From an uncultured bacterium (GTDB lineage: Bacteria; UBP4; UBA4092), in assembly GCA_963768165.1 (NCBI GenBank), contig CAVYHJ010000006.1, forward strand, positions 20,711 through 84,710: a stretch of DNA of 64,000 nucleotides, read 5' to 3'. Shown here in pieces: positions 9,653-20,500 of the stretch. The translations under genes were made by a program, and so were the position numbers. Within the stretch, counting starts at the first letter, position 1. The number at the start of each line of letters is the position of its first letter. The notes under the pieces were generated by a model. It was given only the letters and a program-made list of their open reading frames with translations. It searched no databases and was not told the DNA's origin.

Positions 9653-10659
9653 GGTAATGTGTACAGACATATGGCGGGTTTTTTAGAATGAGGAGATGTC
9701 TATACGTATGGCAACGACGATTCAAGAGGAACGATTACGCTGGGTATTACCTATAATAAAGAAAGAGATACGGTTAAAGGAGGTGTGTAAGATTTGTCCA
9801 CACAGCCAACGAAGTTTGGAGCGATGGGCGGCGGCGTATCGGAAAGGAGGAGAGAAGGCTTTGGAGCCGCAATCCACCCGACCCAAAACTTGTACAAAAG
9901 AAACCACTCTCCGAGTGAAAGAGAGAATTCTGGAAATCCGGAAGAAAACGAAAAAGTGCGCTCTAAAGATCCATTGGCACTTGGCCAAAGAAGGAGTGAG
10001 GATTCATGCACGGACTATCGGGAAGATCTTGAAGAAAGAAGGGTTGGTGAGGAAATATCGGGTGAAGAAAATGAAATACAAGTATTTGAAAGCACCACGA
10101 TCGGTCGGTGAACTTCTAGAGATCGATGTGAAGTATGTTCCCGGAAAGGTAGCGGGACAACGCTATTATCAGTATACCGCCATTGATCTGGCGTCCCGCT
10201 GGAGACATTTGGCGGTCTATGACGAACAATCCAGTTTCCACTCTCTCCGGTTTTTAAAAGAGGTCCTGGATCGTTTCCCTCATAGAATACAAGCGATTAA
10301 AACTGACAACGGGGTGATCTTCACCAACTACTACACCGGCGTAAACAAACGCCGTGATCGAACCCTGAAAACCCTTCACCCGCTGGATGTCTTTTGCCAA
10401 GAAAGAAATATAGTGCATTATCTTATTGATCCGGGAAAGCCCGCGCAAAATGGAACCGTCGAACGAAGTCACCGGGAAGACCAGGAGAAATTTTATGACC
10501 AAAACACCTTCCAGAACTTCCAAGACTTGCAAAATAAATTGAAACGCTGGAATATAGAATACAATCATCTGGAACATTGCGGCTTACTGGGCAAATCACC
10601 CAATGAGTTCATGGCACAATACCAAAAACCTAAACCGCCAAATGTTCGTACCTAAAACA
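9653..10659 (+). mobile_element. IS481-family insertion sequence (~1.0 kb)
   Basis: Imperfect terminal IR cores GTACAGACATATGGCGG (9661-9677) vs reverse complement of CCGCCAAATGTTCGTAC (10635-10651); right end ...ACA at 10659; TTAA on both flanks (9649-9652, 10660-10663) as possible target duplication. Confidence 0.75.
9708..10655 (+). CDS. IS481-family DDE transposase
   Basis: N-terminal HTH, 'EIDVKY', 'YQYTAIDLASR', 'IKTDNG', 'PAQNGTVERSHR'; ATG 9708 chosen for RBS spacing (track start 9696). Confidence 0.9.
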   Translation: MATTIQEERLRWVLPIIKKEIRLKEVCKICPHSQRSLERWAAAYRKGGEKALEPQSTRPKTCTKETTLRVKERILEIRKKTKKCALKIHWHLAKEGVRIHARTIGKILKKEGLVRKYRVKKMKYKYLKAPRSVGELLEIDVKYVPGKVAGQRYYQYTAIDLASRWRHLAVYDEQSSFHSLRFLKEVLDRFPHRIQAIKTDNGVIFTNYYTGVNKRRDRTLKTLHPLDVFCQERNIVHYLIDPGKPAQNGTVERSHREDQEKFYDQNTFQNFQDLQNKLKRWNIEYNHLEHCGLLGKSPNEFMAQYQKPKPPNVRT

Positions 10660-10709
10660 TTAAATTATTTTGCATTTTAATCCCAAAACCGGTTACAATG
10701 TGAATCACA

Positions 10710-11564
10710 ATGATGCGTCGTTTAAATATACTTTTATGCATTATTTTCTTCGTTTTTGTGAGCATAACTGCCGAATCCAAGACAGAATTGCCCCAACCTG
10801 ATTACAACCGAATTATAAAAACAATAGTACATTTGACAAAAGATATTGGTTCCCGCCCAGCCGGGTCGGAACAAACGAGCCAGGCAATTCAATTTGTTTC
10901 TCAAGAACTAAAGAGTATGGGCTATCATCCTATTTATCAGGATTTTCGCCTGCCAGATAATACGCAGGGGCGCTCTGTGGATGTTTTTGATGTCGGCACT
11001 ACTCAACGAGAAATTATACTCACCGCTCACGTAGATACTCTGCCGGATAGTCCGGGCGCCAATGAGGATGCCAGCGGTGTCGCGGTACTCCTGGAATTGG
11101 CTCGGACGGTTCGGAAATATCATATCCCTGTGGGTGTTCATTTCCTTTTTTTGGGCGCGGAAGAAAAAATCCATGGGTATGAAGAAGAGTCTTATTTTAG
11201 TTCCGCACGTTTTATGGATTATCAAAAAGAACGGGGAGTACAATTCATGAATGGCGTTATTGTAATAGACAAAATTGGTGCAGGAGAAAAACTCCAAGTT
11301 ACACTCATAGACAGTACGACATCCAATATAATGGATAAATTACTCGACAAATCCAACCAATTGAAAATTCCTGTGGAAAAACAAGTGGTGCAACAAGAAG
11401 AACTGGAATCTATCCCTTATGTAGATATCGGACTGGAAACTGTTCGTTTGGAATGGAGTCCAAACCCCCATTTACATTCCTCTAAAGATACGGCAGATAA
11501 AATTGAAAGAAAAAAGATTGAAACTGCTTATACCCTGCTGGAGAATTTTCTCATTGTGCCTTAA
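10710..11564 (+). CDS. Secreted M28-family metallopeptidase
   Basis: Signal peptide; 'TAHVDT', 'GANEDASGVAVLLELAR', 'FLGAEE', 'HSSKDT'. Confidence 0.88.
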   Translation: MMRRLNILLCIIFFVFVSITAESKTELPQPDYNRIIKTIVHLTKDIGSRPAGSEQTSQAIQFVSQELKSMGYHPIYQDFRLPDNTQGRSVDVFDVGTTQREIILTAHVDTLPDSPGANEDASGVAVLLELARTVRKYHIPVGVHFLFLGAEEKIHGYEEESYFSSARFMDYQKERGVQFMNGVIVIDKIGAGEKLQVTLIDSTTSNIMDKLLDKSNQLKIPVEKQVVQQEELESIPYVDIGLETVRLEWSPNPHLHSSKDTADKIERKKIETAYTLLENFLIVP

Positions 11565-11723
11565 AAACTCGGAAAATAAAAGTACGGTTCTATTTTATTT
11601 GTCCGGTTATAGAACAGGATTGATTTAACCACTGACTTGTCTTGACATGATAATTAAAAGGAAGTATCAAGAATAATGCGCGGTTGATTTTCTCCCCGGA
11701 AGCAGTTATCTTTACTTGAAACC

Positions 11724-12218
11724 TTAGTCCAATTTGTGAATCGTCGCTGCGATTTTCCCATTCTTGATTTCAATAATCCCGACACCCAGGGGAAGGCTAA
11801 ACCGTTTTCTCCCTGCCCCACCGGGATTGAAAAATAAGGTTCCATCTATCTCTTTTTGAAAGGGGACATGGGTATGACCAAAGACGACAATATCTATTTT
11901 CTGATTTGCCAATTCCAGTTTCACGGTATCATGAATTTCCTGTCTAAGAGACGGTATGCCATACCCCAATGCCTGATGTATCAATAAGATGGTTTTCCCT
12001 TCAAAAGTCAAAATCTGCTTTTCCGGCAAACGTTTGAGTAAGATATACGGGTCTACATTACCCCGCACGGCATTGACCGGCGCAAGAGACTCCAATTGAA
12101 TTAAAACCTCTTCTGTATCAATATCCCCGGCGTGTAAAATAACATCCACTTTATCCAACAACTCAAAAACCTTGGGATGTATTTGTCCATGAGTGTCGGT
12201 GATTATGCCAAGTTTCAT
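11724..12218 (-). CDS. YfcE/MJ0936-type metallophosphoesterase
   Basis: 'ITDTHG', 'LHAGDI', 'VRGNVD', 'FGHTHVP', 'FNPGG'. Confidence 0.92.
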   Translation of the reverse strand: MKLGIITDTHGQIHPKVFELLDKVDVILHAGDIDTEEVLIQLESLAPVNAVRGNVDPYILLKRLPEKQILTFEGKTILLIHQALGYGIPSLRQEIHDTVKLELANQKIDIVVFGHTHVPFQKEIDGTLFFNPGGAGRKRFSLPLGVGIIEIKNGKIAATIHKLD

Positions 12219-12827
12219 GAAAATACTTTAACACATTAGTAAATATATTTGACGCAAAAGAATAAGAAAAATATTTTTACGATAACTTCAATCCTTTGGT
12301 ATTTATTATGAAGAAAAAATGAAATACTATCCCTCTGATTAGAATCATCCTTATTGCAATTTCTGCTATTGCTACGTGTATACAAGAGTGGCAACAACAT
12401 AGTTTAGATGAATCAGTTAAAACGGGTTTAACTCTTCCCCCCCTTTCAACTCTCATAGACATTCCGCTATTTATCGAACCATACAATTTTCTCCCCACTT
12501 GACATTATAGGTTTTGACATGCCGTTATCGGTGGCCAATCGCCAAATCTTGCAATTTTACGTTTCTGGGGACGGTTTCGGCTGTTTTTTTCATTGCCCAA
12601 GCCTATCCTGCTGTCGGTTATAGCGCTGGAAGACCGTAACGGGACAGGAACTGATAGAAGTAATAAGGTTGCCGCAACTTACTGTTTTTCAATACTTTAT
12701 AAAATTGTAATTTTTTTGTAAGGGAATAATGAATTCTGCCGTCTTTTAAAATAGAGAAAACGAAATATTTTGAAAGGAACAACTCCTTTTATTACCTACT
12801 ATAGTAAAAAATAGCAGGTATTGGCCA

Positions 12828-13283
12828 ATGAAACGGAAAACAAGAAAAAAACTTGTACATACCACTATTATACAGGAATGGAAGTGTCGTTCCTGTAATA
12901 ATACAGCATGTGTCTTTTCCGCGGCTTGTTCCCATGTATATTTTCCTGACCAGATTCATTCACTATCTCCAATCTTAGTAAGGGGACTCCAAATAATGCG
13001 CAATTACCATCATTATCCGGATTTGCGTGTAACCGATATAGCCAAAACCATGCATTTATCCGTGAGGAAATTACAAAGCTTATTTCACAAAGAACTCCAT
13101 TATATCTTTCGCGACTATTTAAGCGAAATGCGCTTATCTCATGCCCGGAAAATGCAATTCGAACGCCCTTGGTTAACTCTTGACCAAATCCGCAAAAGAG
13201 TCGGGTTTGCCTCAAAAAATGGGTATTATTTCGCTCTCCATAAACAACAACAAAAACTTATTAAGCATTTTCTTAATTCATAG
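12828..13283 (+). CDS. Small AraC-type HTH regulator with a Cys-rich N-terminal segment
   Basis: 'LRVTDIAKTMHLSVRKLQSLF...FRDYLSEMRLSHARK...LTLDQIRKRVGFASKNGYY' is the AraC double HTH; no standard ligand-binding domain. Confidence 0.75.
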   Translation: MKRKTRKKLVHTTIIQEWKCRSCNNTACVFSAACSHVYFPDQIHSLSPILVRGLQIMRNYHHYPDLRVTDIAKTMHLSVRKLQSLFHKELHYIFRDYLSEMRLSHARKMQFERPWLTLDQIRKRVGFASKNGYYFALHKQQQKLIKHFLNS

Positions 13284-13390
13284 GAAGAATCTCTCATTTC
13301 CAACGAATTCCTGCCATTCTTTTATTCTCTAATTAAAAAATATCCCCCATAACATTCAAATCCACTCATTTTTTTTGCACATATTGGGAC

Positions 13391-13418
13391 TTGACAATTA
13401 AGAATTCAAGGTTAATAT
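13391..13418 (+). promoter_or_regulatory. Putative sigma70 promoter for the fibre-Rhs operon
   Basis: TTGACA 13391-13396, 16-bp spacer, TAATAT 13413-13418, ~130 bp upstream of the AGGAGG RBS. Confidence 0.35.
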
Positions 13419-13550
13419 TCTTGTACGATAATTTTAATTTTAGGGATAGGAAAGGGGTAAAAAAGAAGTAACTATCTGATCGACTATATGTCAACTCAAG
13501 GCTATAGTGACTCTTGTCCAGGAAAATAAAAATACAAAAGGAGGTTGCTT

Positions 13551-16500
13551 ATGTTCAAAAAGAACAATACGTACAGATTTAATTTTTTGATGTATCTTCG
13601 TTGGGTGGTATTAACAGGAATCTTATCTCTGTGCTTGTCTCAGGAAAGTTTGGCGAGTATTCCCTTTCAAATCAATATCCAAGGACAAGTGACGGATACC
13701 ACGGGGAATCCGGTGCCGGATGGAAACTACACTTTCACGTTTAATCTTTACGCGACCTCCGCCGGAAGTACTACGGCTTATATATATACAGAAAGTACTT
13801 CCAACTATCCAGTACAAAGCGGAATATTCAGTTATCTTTTGGGAACCAATAATGCGTTAACCTTACCGTTTGGAGTTCCTTATTGGCTGGGTGTTCAATT
13901 CAATAATGATCCCGAAATGACTCCCCGGCAGGAGATCGTTTCGGTGGGTAATGCCTATAAAGCATGGAATTCGGATAGTGCGGGTATAGCGGTATATGCC
14001 ATAGTTGCTGGTACTGCCTCTACTGCCAATAATGCTACTAATGCAATCAATGCCACGAATGCCAATTCTGCGACATTCGCTTTTACGGCCAGCACCGCCA
14101 CGACTCTGATTTCGGCTTCGAATATTTTGGGCGGTACACTGGCGAATACACTGTTGGATCCCACCGTTGCACTACTGACGGCCAACCAGAACTATACCGG
14201 GATTAATACATTCGGAGTGGTCACGGCAACCGATACATGGTCGTTGGTAACGGTTCAATCGGCATCCAGCACCAAGAACATCTGGGTATTAGATACGGTC
14301 AATGCACCCTATGTCAATGCGACCGTTAATTATGCGATAACCGCTGGGAGTGTAACAAGCGCCACGAATGCAGTTTTTGCCTATACCGCCAGCACCTCTT
14401 CCACGGCAATTTATGCCCTAGTTGCCGGTAATGCCTCTACTGCCAATAATGCTACTAATGCAATCAATGCCACGAATGCCAATTCTGCGACATTCGCTTT
14501 TACGGCCAGCACCGCCACGACTCTGATTTCGGCTTCGAATATTTTGGGCGGTACACTGGCGAATACACTGTTGGATCCCACTGTTTCATTACTGACGGCC
14601 AACCAGAACTATACCGGGATTAATACATTCGGGGTAGTCACGGCAACCGATACATGGTCGTTGGTAACGGTTCAATCGGCATCCAGTACCAAGAACATCT
14701 GGGTATTAGATACGGTCAATGCACCCTATGTCAATGCGACCGTTAATTATGCGATAACCGCTGGCAATGTAACAAGCGCCACGAATGCAGTTTTTGCCTA
14801 TACCGCCAGCACCTCTTCTACGGCAATTTATGCCCTAGTTGCCGGTAATGCCTCTACCGCCGATAATGCTACTAATGCAATCAATGCCACGAATGCCAAT
14901 TCTGCGACATTCGCTTTTACGGCCAGCACCGCCACGACTCTGATTTCGGCTTCGAATATTTTGGGCGGTACACTGGCGAATACACTGTTGGATCCCACCG
15001 TTGCACTACTGACGGCCAACCAGAACTATACCGGGATTAATACATTCGGGGTAGTCACGGCAACCGATACGTGGTCGTTGATAACAGTTCAATCGGCATC
15101 CAGCACCAAGAACATCTGGGTATTAGATACGGTCAATGCACCCTATGTCAATGCGACCGTTAATTATGCGATAACCGCTGGGAGTGTAACAAGCGCCACG
15201 AATGCAGTTTTTGCCTATACCGCCAGCACCTCTTCCACGGCAATTTATGCCCTAGTTGCCGGTAATGCCTCTACCGCCGATAATGCTACGAATGCAGTCA
15301 ATGCCACCAATGCCAATTCTGCGACATTCGCTTTTACGGCCAGCACCGCCACGACTCTGATTTCGGCTTCGAATATTTTGGGCGGTACACTGGCGAATAC
15401 ACTGTTGGATCCCACCGTTGCACTACTGACGGCCAACCAGAACTATACCGGGATTAATACATTCGGAGTGGTCACGGCAACCGATACATGGTCGTTGGTA
15501 ACGGTTCAATCGGCATCCAGCACCAAGAACATCTGGGTATTAGATACGGTCAATGCACCCTATGTCAATGCGACCGTTAATTATGCGATAACCGCTGGGA
15601 GTGTAACAAGCGCCACGAATGCAGTTTTTGCCTATACCGCCAGCACCTCTTCCACGGCAATCTTTGCCTATACGGCCAGCACCGCCACAACTCTAATTTC
15701 GGCAGCCAATATTAGCGGAGGAACTTTAGCCGATGCCCGATTGTCTTCAAATGTACCTTTTCTGAATGCGAATCAGACTTTTACAGGAATTAATGTCCTA
15801 GGAATAGTTACTGCGAATAATACTTGGTCTCTAACCACCATTCAATCCGGACTTTCAACCAAATATATTTGGGCAACCGATACCTTAAATGGTCCCACGT
15901 ATATTATTTCCACTGTAGCGTATGCCTATCAATCGGGAACTACCAGTTTTGCCAACGGAAATGCAATCTTTGCTTATACCGCCAGTACTTCTTCCACGGC
16001 AATTTTTTCCTATACGGCTTCTACGGCTACCACTCTAACTTCGGCAGCCAACATCGCGGGAGGCACTCTGGCAGATGCACGGCTTTCTACAAATGTTCCA
16101 CTATTAAATGCGAATAATACTTTTAGTGTAGCTAATTATTTTTATGGTGTTACTATCAGCAGTAACTGGAGTCCGTCACAAGAAACATCCTTGGTTGTGC
16201 AAGGTTCCTCGAATGGTTCTGGTTGGCCCGGAATGATGAGTATTGGTGGGAATGGACAAGTTTCAGTTTCATATGGAGGTATTGGTGCGGGATTATTTGG
16301 TGGTATCGGTGCCAACAGTGGTGGATCACATACTTATCAAGCCGGTCCAGGAGGGGCGGGAGCATATCTTTCAGGTGGTCAAGGAGGAATTAATTATGGC
16401 GGTGGTAACGGCAATGGGGGAGTAGGGTTAATTGTACTTGGTGGATATGATTCCAGTACGACTACTCGTTCGAGTGCGATCCAAGCGACAGGAAATATCA

Positions 16501-16856
16501 CCTTGGGAACAGGGTACACGGTAGATGGAGTAGATGTCAGCCAGCAAAATGCCACTTGGCTGGGGTCTACCGCTTCACAAACCCTCACCGCTGCTTCGTT
16601 TTATGATGTCGTTACATCGGTCAATTATGTTAATGGAGGAGTCAATGTAGCATGGTCAGCACCATTCACCCAGCCGCCCTCAATTACAAGCGGAATTCTT
16701 AATTCCAGTTATTCAACAGTTACTTCGTATGATGTTCAATGGACATACTCATCCAGTACCGTCGGCACCTTTCGGGTTAACTATCATACTGGTGTAACTT
16801 CTGGTGAAGCTGCCACCAATGCAGTGACTGTAATGATTCATACCATCGGAAAATAA
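13551..16856 (+). CDS. Large secreted tail-fibre-like repeat protein (Thr/Ala/Asn/Ser-rich)
   Basis: RBS AGGAGGT at 13539-13545; signal peptide; N-terminal 'INIQGQVTDTTGNPVPDGNYTFTFNLY...YWLGVQFNNDPEMTPRQEIVSVGNA' domain typical of chromosomal tail-fibre-like proteins; 'GTLADARLSSNVPFLNANQTFTGIN' fibre repeats; Gly-rich and beta-rich C-terminus; no S74 chaperone domain recognised. Confidence 0.7.
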   Translation: MFKKNNTYRFNFLMYLRWVVLTGILSLCLSQESLASIPFQINIQGQVTDTTGNPVPDGNYTFTFNLYATSAGSTTAYIYTESTSNYPVQSGIFSYLLGTNNALTLPFGVPYWLGVQFNNDPEMTPRQEIVSVGNAYKAWNSDSAGIAVYAIVAGTASTANNATNAINATNANSATFAFTASTATTLISASNILGGTLANTLLDPTVALLTANQNYTGINTFGVVTATDTWSLVTVQSASSTKNIWVLDTVNAPYVNATVNYAITAGSVTSATNAVFAYTASTSSTAIYALVAGNASTANNATNAINATNANSATFAFTASTATTLISASNILGGTLANTLLDPTVSLLTANQNYTGINTFGVVTATDTWSLVTVQSASSTKNIWVLDTVNAPYVNATVNYAITAGNVTSATNAVFAYTASTSSTAIYALVAGNASTADNATNAINATNANSATFAFTASTATTLISASNILGGTLANTLLDPTVALLTANQNYTGINTFGVVTATDTWSLITVQSASSTKNIWVLDTVNAPYVNATVNYAITAGSVTSATNAVFAYTASTSSTAIYALVAGNASTADNATNAVNATNANSATFAFTASTATTLISASNILGGTLANTLLDPTVALLTANQNYTGINTFGVVTATDTWSLVTVQSASSTKNIWVLDTVNAPYVNATVNYAITAGSVTSATNAVFAYTASTSSTAIFAYTASTATTLISAANISGGTLADARLSSNVPFLNANQTFTGINVLGIVTANNTWSLTTIQSGLSTKYIWATDTLNGPTYIISTVAYAYQSGTTSFANGNAIFAYTASTSSTAIFSYTASTATTLTSAANIAGGTLADARLSTNVPLLNANNTFSVANYFYGVTISSNWSPSQETSLVVQGSSNGSGWPGMMSIGGNGQVSVSYGGIGAGLFGGIGANSGGSHTYQAGPGGAGAYLSGGQGGINYGGGNGNGGVGLIVLGGYDSSTTTRSSAIQATGNITLGTGYTVDGVDVSQQNATWLGSTASQTLTAASFYDVVTSVNYVNGGVNVAWSAPFTQPPSITSGILNSSYSTVTSYDVQWTYSSSTVGTFRVNYHTGVTSGEAATNAVTVMIHTIGK
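13995..15662 (+). repeat. Four tandem near-identical 417-bp (139-aa) intragenic repeats
   Basis: Marker AGATACGGTCAATGCACCC at 14291, 14708, 15125, 15542 (spacing exactly 417); a few SNPs between copies. Confidence 0.95.
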
Positions 16857-16868
16857 AAGGAGGAAATT

Positions 16869-17435
16869 ATGAAAAAATTATTACTACTGTTTGTTTTATT
16901 GCCCTGCCTGTCATGGGCGCAGGTAACCTATAGTGGGGTGAGTATTGTTTCTATAATGACCACGAGAGATTCCCCACCTGAGATTACCGTGAGTGCGGGA
17001 TGTGTGTTCCGCGGTGTATCTTCCGCTCAAGCAAATCAATTGGGATTGATGGGTATTGGACGAGATTCAACCACCGAGTCAATAGTCACAACCTATAACG
17101 GATATGATCCACAAACCCAGCAAGCGTTTATTTTGATTCCCAATCAAACCTTTACCCTTCCCAATGATGGATTGACTTCGGACCAATATGTGACCTCGAT
17201 TCAAAATTATGTCGCGAAACGATATAAAATCTACGCCGACCAAATTACAGGCAGATTCTTCACGACTCCTAAGATAAAGAACAATATAAATTTGAATTCC
17301 TCGGTATCTCCTCAATATCAGGTGGAGAAATCGGAGAAGGAACACTACTCTTCCACTCAAACGGATAACGGCACAACGAATACGCCGAATGTTTTTTGGA
17401 ATAAAAATATCTTGGCATCCAATACGAAAGAATAA
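16869..17435 (+). CDS. Secreted hypothetical protein (fibre-Rhs operon)
   Basis: RBS AGGAGG; signal peptide MKKLLLLFVLLPCLSWA; 12 bp after the fibre gene stop. Confidence 0.7.
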   Translation: MKKLLLLFVLLPCLSWAQVTYSGVSIVSIMTTRDSPPEITVSAGCVFRGVSSAQANQLGLMGIGRDSTTESIVTTYNGYDPQTQQAFILIPNQTFTLPNDGLTSDQYVTSIQNYVAKRYKIYADQITGRFFTTPKIKNNINLNSSVSPQYQVEKSEKEHYSSTQTDNGTTNTPNVFWNKNILASNTKE

Positions 17436-17458
17436 AGTATTATATACGCGAGTTGCCA

Positions 17459-17487
17459 GTAGAGACGTTCCACCAGAACGTCTCTAC
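17459..17487. repeat. REP-like hairpin GTAGAGACGTTC-CACCA-GAACGTCTCTAC
   Basis: 12-bp perfect stem with the same arm ends as the 28-bp palindrome family; just upstream of the rhs RBS. Confidence 0.85.
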
Positions 17488-17509
17488 TATTCATGGAGGT
17501 ATAACGGTT

Positions 17510-20500
17510 ATGTATAAGAAAAAGTGGTTCTCTCGACTATTTATCGGTATATTCTTTTTTTTAATTGTATATTTATCTTTTTTACAAAACATATATGCAC
17601 TGGCGATTGATGGTGTTGCCTACGACGACTCTGCGTTTAATGGTGGGAATAGTAGTGTTTGCACTTCTATTTGGATTCATGTAATAGGTATTAATACAAA
17701 TGCTGCTGTTAATGGAGGATTAACTATTACTGTTGATGGCCAAGGAACTAACAGTGATACATTAGGAAGCTTGGATACATGTTATGATCTTTATACGAAT
17801 GATGAAATAGATACGTATAATCGGTTATGTCAATATAGTTATTGTTTTGTTACGGCTTCGTATACGGATGATTCTGGAAATATCACTACTTACCCTTGTG
17901 AACAAAGTAACACAAATGGTATGTATTGGACTATTTATGGTGTTACTGATTCTACTATTTTGATTTGTAATCCTGCTCAAGGTTGGGCTTGTGGCAGTGA
18001 CGCTGATACTAATCCTGACGATTTAAATACTTCTCAAGCGTGCTTTACTGGAAATGATCTTTGGTTGAATGTATTCTCTGGAGGTAATCCAGGGTTTTAC
18101 AATGGACCCCATACAATAACGGTAACACAATTTTATGCGACTTGGACATCATTCCTGACCGATGCAGGGACCTATCCATGTCAGGGTTTTGAAGGTGTTA
18201 CTGTAAATTATTATTTACTCTCTAGTGACGCTGTATCTTCAACAATAGATTTTGAAAATACACTTCCCGGAGTTAACGCCTGTTCTCAATCCGTTGACTC
18301 CTCTATTGAGCCTACATTCTGTGAATTGGGAGTTTGTATATATCCCTTTTGTTTTGCTAAAAACAAAATATATACTCTACAAAATGATATTACCATGTCG
18401 GGAACCCCTGGATTATCAATGACCCGGGCCTATAATCTGCGTCAACCTTTTAGTGATTACAGTGTAGCAAACGGGTTTTATGAAATGGGCTATGGATGGT
18501 GGTCGGAGTATTCTCAATGCATTGAAGACAATTATGGATGGGTCTACTATTTTGATGAAACCGGCAGGAAAATTTATTTTCAAAGGACGACTCCTTATTT
18601 CTCAGATTATCAACCAAATCTAACAGAATACTACTGCCAGGAGACGGAATACGTTCTTACAAAAACTAATTCCATGGAAGAGGAGGTTGTGGGAGATACG
18701 CTTGGACAGCAAAATCAAGGATATCAGTATACTTTAATAAAAGGTAACGGCTGTTGCGGTGGTGGATATAAAACGTTGACGTTCGATAAACTTGGAAGAA
18801 TAACGCAGATTGCAGATTCTAATAATAATACAATTAATATTGATTATTGTCTTAACCATGATCAATTTGGTTGTCTTACTGAAGACTGGACATATACACC
18901 GCTTACAACACAAATCTATAATTCCAATGGACAAGTTATTCACCTAATTAGATATAATATCGGAGATGAAACAACTAAAATTCAGTATGCGGTATGTTAT
19001 AACACCAATGATCAAAATTTATCGATTTTGACTGTAAAGTATAATTATGACGGTTATGACAATTTAACCAGTGTTATCAACCAAGGAGGGCAAACTGCCA
19101 GTTTTATTTATTCGGATGCGGCGAATCATCAACTTTCACAATATATAAATATCAATGGAGAAACCACAAATTGGGTTTTTGATACCAATGGCGTTTGTAC
19201 GAATACCAATGTCAATGGAATCTTCAGTCTATTTACATATAATTTTCAACCTACGAACAATCTTACCATTCAGGCAGATACGGCTAATAAACAGGTCATT
19301 TATCATTGGCTGAATAACGGAATTGTTACTGGGAAAGACTATCCCGATAATTCTTCAACACAACAATTCCCCGACCAATACAATAACATCACTACGGCCA
19401 TCAATGAAAATGGCGATACAACGAATATGTTTTATGACGCATACAATAACCTTACGACCGCTATTGATTATGCGGGGAATACCACCCAATATTTTTATGA
19501 TGATAATTTTGAAGTATGCACCACCTTGATCAATGCCGCAGGACAGCAATATAACTTTTTACTGGATGGAAACGGGAATATTACCACCATGATTTTCCCG
19601 GATTCCTCCCAATGGTACGCCTATTACGACAGTTCCGGGAATTTAACGACATTGGTCAATCCCTTGGGCTATGCTTCGTATTACTTCTATGATGTGTATG
19701 GGAACCCCTCGGGGTTTCAAGATCCTCTGGGGAATCAGAGTTTTACTTTTTATGACAGTTTTGGAAATCTAACCGCCACCATCAATGCGTTATCCCAACA
19801 AGTGGAATTCCAATATGATACTCTTGACCGGGTTACAGCGGTGCTAATGCCCTTGGGTCGCAATTCGTATCTTTCGTATAATAACACCTTCAATCCCATC
19901 TCCGCCATAGACCCCATGGGACATCAAACCCAGTTCCAGTACGATAGTTTGGATAGACTCACGAGTACTTTGTCCGCGGCATCCACCTCTATTTCCAAAT
20001 ATTATGACAACTATAGCCTGTTAACCACGGGAATGGATGAAAATGGCAATCCAACTTTTTATCAATATGACAGTTGTAGTAGATTAATTCAAGGTATAGA
20101 TGCCGCAGGGAATTATAGTCAGGTTTATTACGATGCCGCCAGCCAGGTGACCTCGGCACGTAAACCGGATGGAACTTTATTACCCCGTTGGTACGATGTT
20201 TTGGGACAGGTTACCGCCTATGTTCATGGAGAAACCCAAGGATTAGTCACTACTTTTCAATGGTACGACGTGTTGGGGAATTTAACGACGGTCTACGACA
20301 TCAATCAAGGTTATACTCAATATTACTATGACCTCATGGGACGGATTACCACCAAATGTTATTCCACTTATACGGTTTCCTATTTTTATGATGTATTGGG
20401 ACGAAAGACGGCATATCTTGACCCGCAGGGGAATCTTTTCACGTATACCTATGATGCGGACAATCACCTGATTTCCCTAAACAATTGGGCGAACCAGACG

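Noticed and set aside
12308-12502. Frame 'MKKK*NTIPLIRIILIAISAIATC...' with in-frame TGA: possible recoding or small secreted peptide
   Set aside because: TGA is a normal stop here (e.g. 3876, 7179, 8th ORF ends), and there is no RBS or recognisable family; at best a weak pseudogene.
12500-12830. Possible riboswitch upstream of the AraC gene
   Set aside because: No conserved riboswitch core recognised by eye; an Infernal/Rfam scan would be decisive.
13955-15436. Four similar antisense ORFs (63-76 aa, 'MAVSSATVGSNSVFASVPPK...')
   Set aside because: Shadows of the 417-bp repeats in the fibre gene; their similarity is fully explained by the DNA repeat.
13995-15662. Regular repeats as a CRISPR array
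   Set aside because: Units are 417 bp, contiguous, in frame and have no unique spacers; no cas genes.
13551-16856. Prophage tail-fibre gene
   Set aside because: Has a signal peptide, and no capsid, terminase, integrase or other phage genes are in the window.
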